Source: Candidatus Gastranaerophilales bacterium
Lineage (GTDB): Bacteria > Cyanobacteriota > Vampirovibrionia > Gastranaerophilales > Gastranaerophilaceae
Direction: 5' to 3'
Length of the DNA: 64,000 nt
Assembly: GCA_944324485.1 (NCBI GenBank)
Contig: CALUWM010000003.1
Location: 3,612 to 67,611, forward strand
Part shown: positions 44,001 through 53,424 of the stretch, one piece after another
Position numbering within the stretch: the first letter of the stretch is position 1
Layout of the letters: each line of letters begins with the position of its first letter
The notes under the pieces: generated by a model
What the model saw: only the letters and a program-made list of their open reading frames with translations
What the model was told of the DNA's origin: nothing
Database searches by the model: none
Program-made: the position numbers and the translations under genes

Positions 44001-44169
44001 AACCAAAAAAGTTTTTGTTTACAGATTAATTACTAAAAATACCGTTGAAGAAAAAATTCAAGCACTTAAGTCTAAAAAACGTTCGCTTGTTGATAGCGTA
44101 ATTTCGATAGATAGAAATATTGTTAAATCTCTAACTTATCAAGATATAAAAGATATATTCTCTATTTAA
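41002..44169 (+). CDS. SNF2-family helicase with N-terminal SWIM zinc finger
   Basis: CNCPLEEPWCKHTIAL (SWIM CxCx..CxH), LADDMGLGKT (motif I), DESQNIKN (DExx) and the helicase-C QATDRAYRIGQ. GTG start. Confidence 0.9.
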   Translation: MKYTFNNKFLKDNSKPGSFRRGYETYQKGLVEDVKFNENIVRAKVKGNYKSHYDVGIKFTKSDVRPTCNCPLEEPWCKHTIALGFYSLKNHFWEEFLYEKLNIEPNLIDEDLAMNENPQGDFIFHFNPKRRQNFFSILVMNRHTKKVIRDLEAVFKQIIARQKEEENFELTNSQKLEVVMFKMLLSKSRLDKKSGWYDIQINKFDEFFKMLSKLDDVIDAKTHKKIRFAQDIWNLCLDVNVSYVGNVLLSLYWKRPDIDEIYPFEEVRYFSRQLKWGRYKDVIFQTDTSVSVIPQYLTKASFSDIKDADGGKFVYEELPKLREVMTVNLSDEMEKLSFEKRPPKCIVELGIDYDQSLKASLEFEYDGVRVPYQKQYKSPYVTIKDPDKDLLYWVKRDMQFEQSAYQMLLACRFAPVQSNNLALDKEFAVDFYNYYISKAGKNWQFIEKDDLSFYKLNKKGLKLVADIDFLPESIDKFYISLKGLADDKELDFEKIIDMTYEGSKYFNIPSGGQVSIPTDDILSLLKSFNTYDVYKNDEEKYIVRTYRAGVVSEMEKMGITLKMSRKFSKFWKEISTFSTMDTTPLPKTVKAELREYQLKGYTWLWFLYKYGLNGVLADDMGLGKTLQTLTLLQKAKEKDGKEPTLVVCPTSVVFNWEKEIDKFAANLKYLTLTGTERKSKFKEIDNYDVVITSYALVRRDIECLKKHKFRYVILDESQNIKNSTSQTSKACKMLNSSHRLALSGTPIENKLEELWSVFDFLMPGFLFDANEFNHRFVNPIVENEDTEVQKRLKSQIYPFILRRMKRDVAKDLPDKIESVAYCELTSEQKDLYLQVLDSTKEELFKSIETVGLEKSRMSIFSALLRLRQICCHPRLYDKEGKLGINESGKFEQLQSMLEEIIAEKHRILLFSQFVGMLDIIKSWLEQKGIKHEYLSGKTKDREAVVDRFNNDPTIPIFLVSLKAGGTGLNLTGADYVIHYDPWWNPAVEDQATDRAYRIGQTKKVFVYRLITKNTVEEKIQALKSKKRSLVDSVISIDRNIVKSLTYQDIKDIFSI

Positions 44170-44191
44170 TTAAATAGACTTAATTAGAAAA

Positions 44192-45283
44192 TTATTCTTC
44201 AACTTCTGCTAATTTTTCAAGTTTTAATTTTTGATCATACTCTATTAGCATATTTATAAGTTTGTCTAAATTTCCTTCTATAACTTCCCATACATCAAGG
44301 TTTTGACCTATTCTGTGGTCGGTTAACCTGCCTTGAGGAAAATTATATGTTCTGATACGTTCAGACCTATCGCCAGTACCAACTTGAGAGCGTCTAAGGT
44401 CTGTAACTTCCTTCATTTGTTTTTGCACTTCCATATCATAAAGTTTTGCTTTAAGTATTTGTAAAGCACGTTCTTTATTTTGAAGTTGTGAACGCTCTTC
44501 AGTACAAAAAATCATAATCCCGGTCGGTTTATGAAATACCCTTGCTGCGGTTTCAACTTTGTTTACATTTTGACCACCGGCTCCACCAGAACGAGCAGTA
44601 GTTATTTCAATATCATTCATATTTAATTCGATTTCAACATCGTCAACCTCAGGCATAACCGCAACTGTTGCAGTTGACGTGTGAACTCTGCCTTGTGATT
44701 CTGTTTGAGGGACACGTTGAACTCTATGCACGCCAGATTCATATTTCAATTGCGAATAAATATTATCTCCGCCTTTAACTGAAATAACGACTTCAGATAC
44801 TCCGCCTGCTTCACATTCGTTAATTGATAAAATTTTAGTTTGCCAGCCTTTGCTTTGAGCATATCTTAAATACATACGCATTAAATCACCGGCAAAAATA
44901 TTTGCTTCGTCACCACCTGCAGATCCTCTTATTTCAAGCATAATATCCTTATCATCCATTGGATCTCTAGGCAGCAAAAGGACCTTTAATCTATGCTCGA
45001 ATTCTTCAATTTTAGCTTCATTAGATGATATTTCATTATTTAAAAATTCACGCATAGAGCCATCCTTTTCACTATGAAGCATTTCTTTAGCTTCATTAAT
45101 AGCATCTATGGCATCTTTATATTGATAATAAATATTTACTGTTTCTTCCATGGTTTTTCTTTGTTTAGATAAATCACGAAATTTTTCATAATCCTGAATT
45201 ACTTCAGGTTTCGATAAAATTACACCAAGTTCTTGATATTTTTTTTCTATTTTTTCAACTTTTTCAAACATTGAACTATCCAT
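44192..45283 (-). CDS. prfA: peptide chain release factor 1
   Basis: [14 protein letters not shown] (GGQ) and [17 protein letters not shown] (PxT). Confidence 0.95.
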   Translation of the reverse strand: MDSSMFEKVEKIEKKYQELGVILSKPEVIQDYEKFRDLSKQRKTMEETVNIYYQYKDAIDAINEAKEMLHSEKDGSMREFLNNEISSNEAKIEEFEHRLKVLLLPRDPMDDKDIMLEIRGSAGGDEANIFAGDLMRMYLRYAQSKGWQTKILSINECEAGGVSEVVISVKGGDNIYSQLKYESGVHRVQRVPQTESQGRVHTSTATVAVMPEVDDVEIELNMNDIEITTARSGGAGGQNVNKVETAARVFHKPTGIMIFCTEERSQLQNKERALQILKAKLYDMEVQKQMKEVTDLRRSQVGTGDRSERIRTYNFPQGRLTDHRIGQNLDVWEVIEGNLDKLINMLIEYDQKLKLEKLAEVEE

Positions 45284-45971
45284 TTTTGGTTTTCATCCTT
45301 CCGCAAGATTTATCTTCATCACAATAGCCCAATCTTCCACATTTGGGAACAAGATGGCTTTTAAGCCAAGGTTCTTTTTCTTCAATCAAAGTACACATCT
45401 TTTTAACAGCTAATCTGATTTCAAGCTGAGCTCTCGTACATAGCCTTAGATTTGCTAAGTGTATTAGCTCTCTTAAATTTAGGCTGACAACAAGAGAACT
45501 AGTTGTGGCATTTGGCAAAATTGAGCGAGCGTCCTCACCTTTAATTCCATTTTGTATAAAATCTTGATATAGAGAAGCTGTAAGCTCCATATGTTTCAAA
45601 AATTTGTTATATAAAGATTTATTTGCCTCTATTGCAGGAGGAACGACAAAATCAAACTCACCTTTTTCTTTGACATATCTTTGAGATTTTTGAGAAAAAC
45701 TCATATGCCTGTGCCTTACCAATTGATGTGTCGCAGCACGAGAAATGTTATTTATAGCAAAGGTTACTTGTATATGTTCAATTGTAGAATAGTGCCCGGA
45801 AGAAATAACTTTTGAAATTAATGCTAACTTTTTATCAGTATCATTTGTGATATTATCATATATTTCTATTGCACCATCGGCGCTGTAACAAGTCCTGCAA
45901 GCTGTATATATAACATCAAGCAGATTATCGGGTATAGAAATAAGCTGTACTTCCAAATTTTTCTTAGGCAT
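45276..45971 (-). CDS. thyX: FAD-dependent thymidylate synthase
   Basis: ThyX motif [14 protein letters not shown]. The 3' end overlaps the prfA start by 8 nt. Confidence 0.92.
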   Translation of the reverse strand: MPKKNLEVQLISIPDNLLDVIYTACRTCYSADGAIEIYDNITNDTDKKLALISKVISSGHYSTIEHIQVTFAINNISRAATHQLVRHRHMSFSQKSQRYVKEKGEFDFVVPPAIEANKSLYNKFLKHMELTASLYQDFIQNGIKGEDARSILPNATTSSLVVSLNLRELIHLANLRLCTRAQLEIRLAVKKMCTLIEEKEPWLKSHLVPKCGRLGYCDEDKSCGRMKTKNG

Positions 45972-45994
45972 TTATCAAAACTCCAACATAAATT

Positions 45995-46019
45995 TTTGGC
46001 TGGTTTTTAGCCAGCCAAA
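45995..46019 (-). other. stem-loop between rpmE and thyX without a U-tract
   Basis: TTTGGCTGG-TTTTTAG-CCAGCCAAA (9-bp stem). Confidence 0.5.
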
Positions 46020-46026
46020 CGTTTTA

Positions 46027-46227
46027 CTATTTCTTTTCGTAACGTTTTTTAAATCTTTCAACTCTACCTTCAGAGTCAAGTATTTTTTGATTGCCAGTAT
46101 AAAATGGATGGCAAGCGTTACAGATTTCAACCGTAATATTTTCTTCTACGGAACCTGTTTCAATTTCATTTCCGCAAACACATTTTATGGTTGTTTTTTT
46201 GTAATCGGGATGGATATCTTTTTTCAT
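46027..46227 (-). CDS. rpmE: 50S ribosomal protein L31 (Cys-containing, zinc type)
   Basis: MKKDIHPDY..., CVCG...[10 protein letters not shown]. Confidence 0.95.
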   Translation of the reverse strand: MKKDIHPDYKKTTIKCVCGNEIETGSVEENITVEICNACHPFYTGNQKILDSEGRVERFKKRYEKK

Positions 46228-46341
46228 TACTTTTTCCTTTAATGATAATAACTGATAATAATATTTTATTTACTCAAAAAAAATTTTCAAGTTAGAATTA
46301 AAAATAATTATAATTATTATGTTTATTGTATAATAAACAAT

Positions 46342-48144
46342 ATGAAAAAACTTGAACATATAAGAAATTTTAGCATAATAGCTCACATTGACCATGGTAA
46401 ATCAACCTTGGCTGACCGTTTGCTTGAAAAAACAGGTACAGTTTCAAAACGTGAAATGCAAGATCAGCTTTTAGATACTATGGATATTGAACGCGAACGT
46501 GGAATAACAATTAAATTAAATGCTGCCAAAATGAACTATAAAGCACATGATGGTAAAGATTATATTTTAAATTTAATTGATACCCCAGGACACGTAGATT
46601 TTTCATATGAAGTTTCTCGTTCATTGGCTGCCTGCGAAGGCGCTTTGCTTATAGTTGATGCTACGCAAGGAGTAGAAGCTCAAACATTAGCTAATGTGTA
46701 CCTTGCTATGGAACAAAATTTAGAAATTATTCCTGTTATAAATAAAATTGATTTGCCTTCTGCTGACGTAGAAAGAGTAAAAAAAGAAATCGAGGACGTT
46801 CTTGGAATTGATGCAAGTATGGCAATTCCTGTCAGTGCCAAAACAGGACAAGGCATTGATGATGTTCTTGAAGCTGTTGTAAATTATATTCCGGCACCAG
46901 TTGATACTTCAGATAAACCCTTAAGGGCTTTGGTTTTTGACAGCGCATATGATGCTTATTTGGGGACAATTTGCTTCTTTAAAGTAATTGATGGTTCAAT
47001 TAAAATAGGCGACAAAATTAAATTTATGGCTACTGGCAAGGAATTTGAAGTTATAGAACTAGGCTTTTTAAATCCAAACAGAAATCAAGTTAATGAATTA
47101 AAAACAGGAGAAGTTGGATATTTTGCTGGTTCAATTAAAGAAATAACCCGCTTTGTAGGTGATACCATAACTCATGTTGAAAAACCAGCAAAAGAGCCTT
47201 TAGAAGGTTACAAGGAAGCTAAACCTATGGTATTTTCAGGATTATATCCTGTTAATAATGAAGATTATCATGAGTTAAAAGAAGCACTTGAAAAGCTAAA
47301 ATTATCTGATAGCTCAATCACATATGAACCCGAAACATCTAATGCGCTTGGTTTTGGCTTCAGATGTGGATTTCTTGGTATGCTCCATATGGAAATTGCT
47401 CAAGAAAGGCTTGAAAGAGAATATGATTTGTCATTAATTACTACCGCACCTTCTGTAATTTATAGAGTTTATAAAACAGATGGTTCAATGGTTGAAATAG
47501 ATAATCCAGCAGAATTACCTGCTGCTCAATATCGTGAATACATTGAAGAACCGTATGTAAAAGTCAATATTTTTACTCCAAATGACTTTGTTGGAACTTT
47601 AATGGAATTGTGCCAAGATAAAAGAGGTATTTTTATCAATATGCAATATATTGACGATATACGTGTTAATCTTGAATATCAATTACCATTATCTGAAGTT
47701 ATTACAGATTTTTACGATCAATTAAAATCTCGCTCAAAAGGTTATGCTTCCCTAGATTATGAATTTTGTGATTATAAAAAATCTGATTTGGTAAAAATGG
47801 ATATATTGCTTGCAAATGAAGTTGTGGACGCTTTATCTGTTATTTGCCACAAAGATAGTGCTTACAATATTGGTCAAAAATTAACTAATAAATTAAAAGA
47901 AATCATCCCGAGACAATTATTTGAAGTTGCAATTCAAGCAGCCATTGGTGGCAGAGTTATTGCAAGAACCAATATTAAAGCACTTAGAAAATCTGTTTTG
48001 GATAAATGTTACGGTGGAGATATTTCAAGAAAAAGAAAACTTCTTGAAAAACAAAAAAGAGGTAAAAAGCGTATGAAATCAGTGGGCAGAGTTGAAATTC
48101 CGCAAGAAGCATTTATGGCAGTATTATCCTTGAATGAAGAATAA
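46342..48144 (+). CDS. lepA: translation elongation factor 4
   Basis: [24 protein letters not shown] and the LepA C-terminal domain. Confidence 0.97.
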   Translation: MKKLEHIRNFSIIAHIDHGKSTLADRLLEKTGTVSKREMQDQLLDTMDIERERGITIKLNAAKMNYKAHDGKDYILNLIDTPGHVDFSYEVSRSLAACEGALLIVDATQGVEAQTLANVYLAMEQNLEIIPVINKIDLPSADVERVKKEIEDVLGIDASMAIPVSAKTGQGIDDVLEAVVNYIPAPVDTSDKPLRALVFDSAYDAYLGTICFFKVIDGSIKIGDKIKFMATGKEFEVIELGFLNPNRNQVNELKTGEVGYFAGSIKEITRFVGDTITHVEKPAKEPLEGYKEAKPMVFSGLYPVNNEDYHELKEALEKLKLSDSSITYEPETSNALGFGFRCGFLGMLHMEIAQERLEREYDLSLITTAPSVIYRVYKTDGSMVEIDNPAELPAAQYREYIEEPYVKVNIFTPNDFVGTLMELCQDKRGIFINMQYIDDIRVNLEYQLPLSEVITDFYDQLKSRSKGYASLDYEFCDYKKSDLVKMDILLANEVVDALSVICHKDSAYNIGQKLTNKLKEIIPRQLFEVAIQAAIGGRVIARTNIKALRKSVLDKCYGGDISRKRKLLEKQKRGKKRMKSVGRVEIPQEAFMAVLSLNEE

Positions 48145-48145
48145 T

Positions 48146-48718
48146 TTATATTCTATTTAGTGCAAAAAATATTCCACATACGGTTGCTGTTGCAACGGAT
48201 AAATTTTTAGAAGTTTCAACCAGATATTGCCTTATTTTACTAGCTGGAACGTATGTTCTGGCTTCAATTATACCTCCATCTGAAATAGGATCTTTTAATA
48301 TTCTATCTTCGTCAATCACTGCTGTAACATAGCTAATAGTTTCTGAAGATAAGCCTGCTGAAGTAGAGCTATTTAAAAGTTCAACATAGATATTATCGGC
48401 AGCATGTCCGGTTTCTTCAAGAAGTTCTTTTTTTGCACATTTAATTAGTGTTTCATTGCAATCAATATCTCCTATTAATCCTGCAGGTGATTCAAGGCAA
48501 TATTGAGCTTTGTCTTCAGCGTAGATTGGAGGTCTTTTGGTTTTTAAAAGAAGAAAGTTATATTCATCTTTTTTCTTAATTAATGTTGTAATTACAACAG
48601 CACTGTCTTTTTCGCTTGAATCATTAGTTCTTTTAACATAATACCACTCATGTCCCGAAGGAGATTCGGCTGATTTTAATTGAAGAAATTTTGTTTCATA
48701 TAATATTTTATTGTCCAT
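48146..48718 (-). CDS. NUDIX hydrolase (ADP-ribose pyrophosphatase-like)
   Basis: Near-canonical Nudix box GLIGDIDCNETLIKCAKKELLEETGH. Confidence 0.78.
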   Translation of the reverse strand: MDNKILYETKFLQLKSAESPSGHEWYYVKRTNDSSEKDSAVVITTLIKKKDEYNFLLLKTKRPPIYAEDKAQYCLESPAGLIGDIDCNETLIKCAKKELLEETGHAADNIYVELLNSSTSAGLSSETISYVTAVIDEDRILKDPISDGGIIEARTYVPASKIRQYLVETSKNLSVATATVCGIFFALNRI

Positions 48719-49733
48719 TTTTTACCTCCATTAAAAATTTATCTATAAAATTTTTTGGATTATCATTGCTCATTAACGCCCTTATAACGGCAATTTTTGT
48801 TGCACCTGCAGAAACTACCTCACCAAAATTATCTTCATTAATTGAACCAATAGCAAAAAAAGGTATGTCGATATTTTCTTTAACCCATTTTACATATTCA
48901 AGCCCAACAGGTATGGTATTTGGTTTTGTTGGAGTTTTAAATACCGGTCCAACGCCTATATAATCTGCCCCTTCATTTTGTGCTTTAATCGCATCATCGG
49001 GCTTATGAGTTGAAATTCCAATGATTTTATCATCACCAAGAATTTTTTTAGCGTCAGAAATTGTTATATCATCTTGTCCTAAATGGACACCGTCAGCATC
49101 AAGAATCTTAGCAATATCAACTCTGTCATTAACAATAAAAAGAGCATTATAGATTGAACAAAGCTGTCTTATAGATTTCCCGATTTTAATTATTTCACTT
49201 GCGGGTTTATTTTTTTCTCTGTATTGTACGATTTTAACACCGGAACTTAATATTGATGCAATTTTATCTAAAAATTCATCATCAGAGTTAAAATTATCAT
49301 GACTTGTGATTAAGTATATATTTTTATCTTGTAATAACATTTGTTTTATATTTGAGTGTCTTTTAGATAATATATTTTCCATAATTTCCTTTTCTATTGT
49401 ATAGATTTGGTATCTATATTTATCAGGTAAATTACCATACTCACTTAATACTCTTAAGGCTTCTTCTATTCTTTTTATATTAGCTCTTAATACATCATTT
49501 TGATTGGTTTCTTTTGTTATGTTTTTAATATTTGTTCCGACATCCTCTGCTGTATTTCTGGATTGAATTAAACTTTCATAAGATGAATCAAAAAAAAATG
49601 AAATTTCGTGTCGAATATTTTTTAATTCTTGGGTAATTGATTTATTATTCAGAATAAACCTTACGTATTCTTCAATACACCTTAAACCTTCATTTGCTCT
49701 ATTGATATTTGCGTCAATTATTCGATAGTTCAT
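48708..49733 (-). CDS. thiE: thiamine-phosphate synthase, long form with an N-terminal ThiD2-like domain
   Basis: The C-terminal 200 aa has the TMP-TENI pattern (DGVHLGQDD, ISTH, ADYIGVGPVF.T.TK). The N-terminal 130 aa begins IIDANINRANEGLRCIEEY. Confidence 0.85.
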   Translation of the reverse strand: MNYRIIDANINRANEGLRCIEEYVRFILNNKSITQELKNIRHEISFFFDSSYESLIQSRNTAEDVGTNIKNITKETNQNDVLRANIKRIEEALRVLSEYGNLPDKYRYQIYTIEKEIMENILSKRHSNIKQMLLQDKNIYLITSHDNFNSDDEFLDKIASILSSGVKIVQYREKNKPASEIIKIGKSIRQLCSIYNALFIVNDRVDIAKILDADGVHLGQDDITISDAKKILGDDKIIGISTHKPDDAIKAQNEGADYIGVGPVFKTPTKPNTIPVGLEYVKWVKENIDIPFFAIGSINEDNFGEVVSAGATKIAVIRALMSNDNPKNFIDKFLMEVKNGQ

Positions 49734-49777
49734 AAAATATTACCATTGTGATTATATATTTAAGATTATAGCTAATT

Positions 49778-50371
49778 TTGATAAATTTTAATAGTCTTGA
49801 TTTTATGAAAGACGATTTAGAAGAATTTGTTTTAAGGGCTCAAAAAGGCGATAAAACTGCTCTTAACGAGATAATTAAAAGAGAACAGAATAATATATAT
49901 ACAACTTTGTATTATTTAAAAAAAGACGAATCAGATTTAGCCGATATAATGCAAGATGTGTTGATTAAATTAACCCAAAGAATTCATCAGCTAAAAAAAG
50001 TAACATATTTTAAGACATGGCTAAATCAAATTATTATTAATTCATATTATGATTATTTAAGAAAAAACAAGAAAAAAATAGTAACTATTGACCCTTTTCG
50101 ACCAAATGAAGAAGTTGAGTTTGAAATTCCAGATAACAGTACAAATCCACAAGATAGAATATTAAGCAGTGAATTAGATTTAATTATAAAAAATGCTATT
50201 GAGAATTTGCCAATACAATATAAAATACCGATTGCATTAAGAGAAATCCAAGGTTTATCATATGACGAAATTTCATCAATTACAAAAACATCTATTGGTA
50301 CAGTTAAATCAAGAATTTCGCGTGCAAGAGCAAAAATAAAAGATGATATTGATAAATATACAAGAGGTTAA
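49778..50371 (+). CDS. ECF-type sigma-70 family RNA polymerase sigma factor
   Basis: Region 2 (DIMQDVLIKL...TWLNQIIINSYYDYLRK) and region 4 (LREIQGLSYDEISSITKTSIGTVKSRISRARAKIK). The start may be ATG 49805. Confidence 0.85.
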   Translation: MINFNSLDFMKDDLEEFVLRAQKGDKTALNEIIKREQNNIYTTLYYLKKDESDLADIMQDVLIKLTQRIHQLKKVTYFKTWLNQIIINSYYDYLRKNKKKIVTIDPFRPNEEVEFEIPDNSTNPQDRILSSELDLIIKNAIENLPIQYKIPIALREIQGLSYDEISSITKTSIGTVKSRISRARAKIKDDIDKYTRG

Positions 50372-50372
50372 A

Positions 50373-50702
50373 ATGTTAGGACTTGATTGTTTGGATGAAC
50401 AAATAAATGAATATTATGATGAAGAATTAAATGAATGTGATCTAATTTCTTTTGAAGCCAGAATGGCAAAATCTGAGTATGTAAAAAATTATATAGAGGA
50501 AAAGAGTTTTGATTTTTTAAAAATATCAAATTCAATTAAAATCACAAAAATTCGTATGAAACATCACGCACAAAAAATAGCTGATAGTTTTATTAATAAC
50601 AAAAAAGACAGTCTAACTGTTAAGCTCTATCCCATTTGCTTTAAGGGTTTCAATAAAACTTTGAGCAGTTTTCTTTTGAATATCCATAGGGACAATTCTT
50701 AA
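50373..50702 (+). CDS. possible anti-sigma factor (degenerate, no TM helix)
   Basis: ATG lies 2 nt after the sigma stop. The N-terminus C..EQINEYYDEELNE resembles anti-sigma N-termini but lacks the H..C..C zinc site. The last 90 nt are antisense to the next gene. Confidence 0.3.
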   Translation: MLGLDCLDEQINEYYDEELNECDLISFEARMAKSEYVKNYIEEKSFDFLKISNSIKITKIRMKHHAQKIADSFINNKKDSLTVKLYPICFKGFNKTLSSFLLNIHRDNS

Positions 50703-50936
50703 TAGTTCTACTGTTCTTGAAATAACAATGTCATCATCATACCAACGTTTGCCGCCATTAATTGGTTTAACAGTTTGATAAAAACGCTCTATTGTTTCTT
50801 TTGAAACTTTGCTTTCAATGCTTTTTAAGAAAACTTCAGCTTGTTCATGAAGTTCATCTTTGTAGTCCTTTAACATATTGATTACATCCAACAATAAAGG
50901 ATCATGATCATACCAACGTTTAAATTCCTGTGTCAT
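50613..50936 (-). CDS. hypothetical protein with a duplicated KRWYD motif
   Basis: 107 aa with KRWYDHDPLLLDV at residues 6-18 and KRWYDDDIVISRTV at 63-76. GGAG lies upstream of the ATG. Confidence 0.6.
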   Translation of the reverse strand: MTQEFKRWYDHDPLLLDVINMLKDYKDELHEQAEVFLKSIESKVSKETIERFYQTVKPINGGKRWYDDDIVISRTVELLRIVPMDIQKKTAQSFIETLKANGIELNS

Positions 50937-50959
50937 TTTTTTCTCCTAAATAAAGCTGT

Positions 50960-52240
50960 TTATTTTTCGACATCATCAATTCTTTGTGCATCTATATTTA
51001 AACCTTGCAATTTTTCAACAAAGTTTTCATATCCTCTGTCAATGTGATTCAAGCAGCCAATTTCAGTTTCACCTCGAGCCATTACAGCAGCAGTAACCAA
51101 TGCTGCACCAGCTCTTAAATCAGTTGATTCAACCTGTGTTCCCACAAGATAATCAACCCCTTTTATAATTGCATGTTTTTTATTTATTATGATATTTGCT
51201 CCCATTTTCCAAAACTCAGGTATGTGCATAAAGCGATTTTCATAGAGACTCTCTGTTACAACAGAAATCCCATCTGCACAGCATAAAAGTGCCATTGCAA
51301 GAGCTTGTAAATCGGTCGGAAACCCAGGGTATGGTTGAGTAATAAAATTCATTGATTTAAGACGCTTTTCGTTAGAAACCTCCATTGTATTCGGATCAAT
51401 CAACTTAATGTTTGCACCCATTTCAAGGAGTTTACCAGTGAATAACGTCAAATGATTTGGGAAAATATTTTTAATCACAGCATGCCCTTTTGAAGCAATA
51501 ATTATGCTCATGTAAGTGCCTGCTTCAATTCTATCAGGTATTGTTGTATATTCTGTACCAACTAAATCAGATTGTTTAACACCAGTTATAACAATTTGAT
51601 TAGTTCCAGCACCTTCAATATTCGCACCCATTGACATTAAAAAATTTGCCAAATCAACTATTTCAGGTTCTTGCGCGGCATTTTGAATAACAGTAGTGCC
51701 TTCTGCAAGAACTGAAGCCATCATAACGTTTTCTGTTGCACCAACAGATGGAATATCAAAGCAAATTGTTGTACCGGTTAATTTTTTAGCCTTTGCAATT
51801 ACATAGCCGTCTTTAATCTCACACTCACAACCAAGAGCTTCAAGACCTTTTATATGAAAATTAACACGTCTTTCTCCTATTTTACACCCACCGGGGAGTG
51901 CAACTTGTGCACATTTAAGCCTTCCAACCAATGCGCCAAGTACAACAAAACTTGCACGCATTTTTGATACATATTCCTGCTTTGCTATGCAATTTGTTAG
52001 ATTTGTTGAATCAATTTCAACTTTTTTTAACTTTTTATCATAAAAAGTCTTAGCTCCAAGCCCATTAATAACTTCGAGCATAATTTCCACATCAGTAAGC
52101 TCTGGAACATTATGTATGATACATTTATCTTTAGCAAGTAATGAAGCAGCCATCAGTTTTAATACTGAATTTTTTGCACCACTGATAGTAACTTCACCAG
52201 ATGCAGGATTTGTACCTTTTATTATTAATTTTTCACTCAA
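50960..52240 (-). CDS. murA: UDP-N-acetylglucosamine 1-carboxyvinyltransferase
   Basis: 426 aa with ISGAKNS and LPGGCKIGERRVNFH (active-site Cys). Confidence 0.96.
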   Translation of the reverse strand: MSEKLIIKGTNPASGEVTISGAKNSVLKLMAASLLAKDKCIIHNVPELTDVEIMLEVINGLGAKTFYDKKLKKVEIDSTNLTNCIAKQEYVSKMRASFVVLGALVGRLKCAQVALPGGCKIGERRVNFHIKGLEALGCECEIKDGYVIAKAKKLTGTTICFDIPSVGATENVMMASVLAEGTTVIQNAAQEPEIVDLANFLMSMGANIEGAGTNQIVITGVKQSDLVGTEYTTIPDRIEAGTYMSIIIASKGHAVIKNIFPNHLTLFTGKLLEMGANIKLIDPNTMEVSNEKRLKSMNFITQPYPGFPTDLQALAMALLCCADGISVVTESLYENRFMHIPEFWKMGANIIINKKHAIIKGVDYLVGTQVESTDLRAGAALVTAAVMARGETEIGCLNHIDRGYENFVEKLQGLNIDAQRIDDVEK

Positions 52241-52326
52241 TTTAAATACCCTTTTCTAACTGATTTTAGTATATTTTTACTTATTTTAAAAGAATAAGCG
52301 GCAAAAATAAAATTTTTGTAGGATAT

Positions 52327-53424
52327 TTATTTGTCGATGACCTTTGAATCGATAACTTTTGCATCGATTATCCCGTCTTTTTCATCAGTTTTTGAAGTTT
52401 TTTTAGCTTCTTCAATTTCTAATTGCTTATTTATTACAATAGTCTGAACTATTTGGAAGATATTACTTGTAACTAAATATAAAAGTGCTCCTGCCGGGAT
52501 TGGAATAAATACAAAAGTTAGTATAATCATAACAGGCATTATTGTTCCCATTGATTTTTGAATAGCTGCTTGAGTTGCATCTTGGTTTTTTGTTTGAGTT
52601 GTTGCCATCATAACTTTTTGAGATATCCAAATAGTTAATCCAAATAAAGCAACCAACAAAATTACATCATAATGAATTTGATTTTGGGCAGGTATTGTTG
52701 GAACAACTGCAGCTAAAATATCTCCCCTACGGCTAAAAGTAATATTTTCTGTTTCTTTTGTCATAATATTCATAACAGAAATATCTGCTTTTTCGACTTT
52801 ATCCAGCTGTGAAAATTTCAAATTCAAATTATCAAGAGAAACTTTTAGTTCAACTGGTTTATCGGTTTCTATCTCGCCTTGAATTCCAATTGCTTTTTGA
52901 GGTTTTTCAATTTTGACATTTTCTATTACATTTCCGTTAGAAAGTGTAACTTTTGCAGATTTACCTGCTTGGAATTGAGCATTTTTTGATATTGAAAATT
53001 TACCATCAAGAGATACACCTGCATTTGATTTAATAGTTGAATCAAGTCTGTTAATAAATAAAAAATGTGTATTTCCCGCCATTTGAATAAAAGAAGGACT
53101 CATTAAAGCACTATATAGCATAATAAAGACAGGAATTTGAATTAACATAGGCAAACAACCGGCAGTCGGGTTAAAATTATGTTCTTTATAAAATTCCATC
53201 ATTTTTTGTTGCATTAATTGGGGGTTATTTTTATATTTTTCTTGGATCATTTTCATCTTAGGGGTTAATTGCTGCATGTTTTTCATGGAACGTTGTTGAG
53301 AAACACTCATTGGCCATAAGCAAATACGCATTAATATTGTAAAAATTATAATTGCCATGCCATAGCTACCGGCAAAATCGGCTAATTTACCAAGTATATT
53401 TATTGTTAACGTAACAAAATCCAT
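52327..53424 (-). CDS. yidC: membrane protein insertase YidC (short N-terminus, large inserted loop)
   Basis: YGMAIIIFTILMRICLWP, NPTAGCLPMLIQIPVF, FLFINRLDS and PAGALLYLVTSNIFQIVQ. Confidence 0.9.
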   Translation of the reverse strand: MDFVTLTINILGKLADFAGSYGMAIIIFTILMRICLWPMSVSQQRSMKNMQQLTPKMKMIQEKYKNNPQLMQQKMMEFYKEHNFNPTAGCLPMLIQIPVFIMLYSALMSPSFIQMAGNTHFLFINRLDSTIKSNAGVSLDGKFSISKNAQFQAGKSAKVTLSNGNVIENVKIEKPQKAIGIQGEIETDKPVELKVSLDNLNLKFSQLDKVEKADISVMNIMTKETENITFSRRGDILAAVVPTIPAQNQIHYDVILLVALFGLTIWISQKVMMATTQTKNQDATQAAIQKSMGTIMPVMIILTFVFIPIPAGALLYLVTSNIFQIVQTIVINKQLEIEEAKKTSKTDEKDGIIDAKVIDSKVIDK

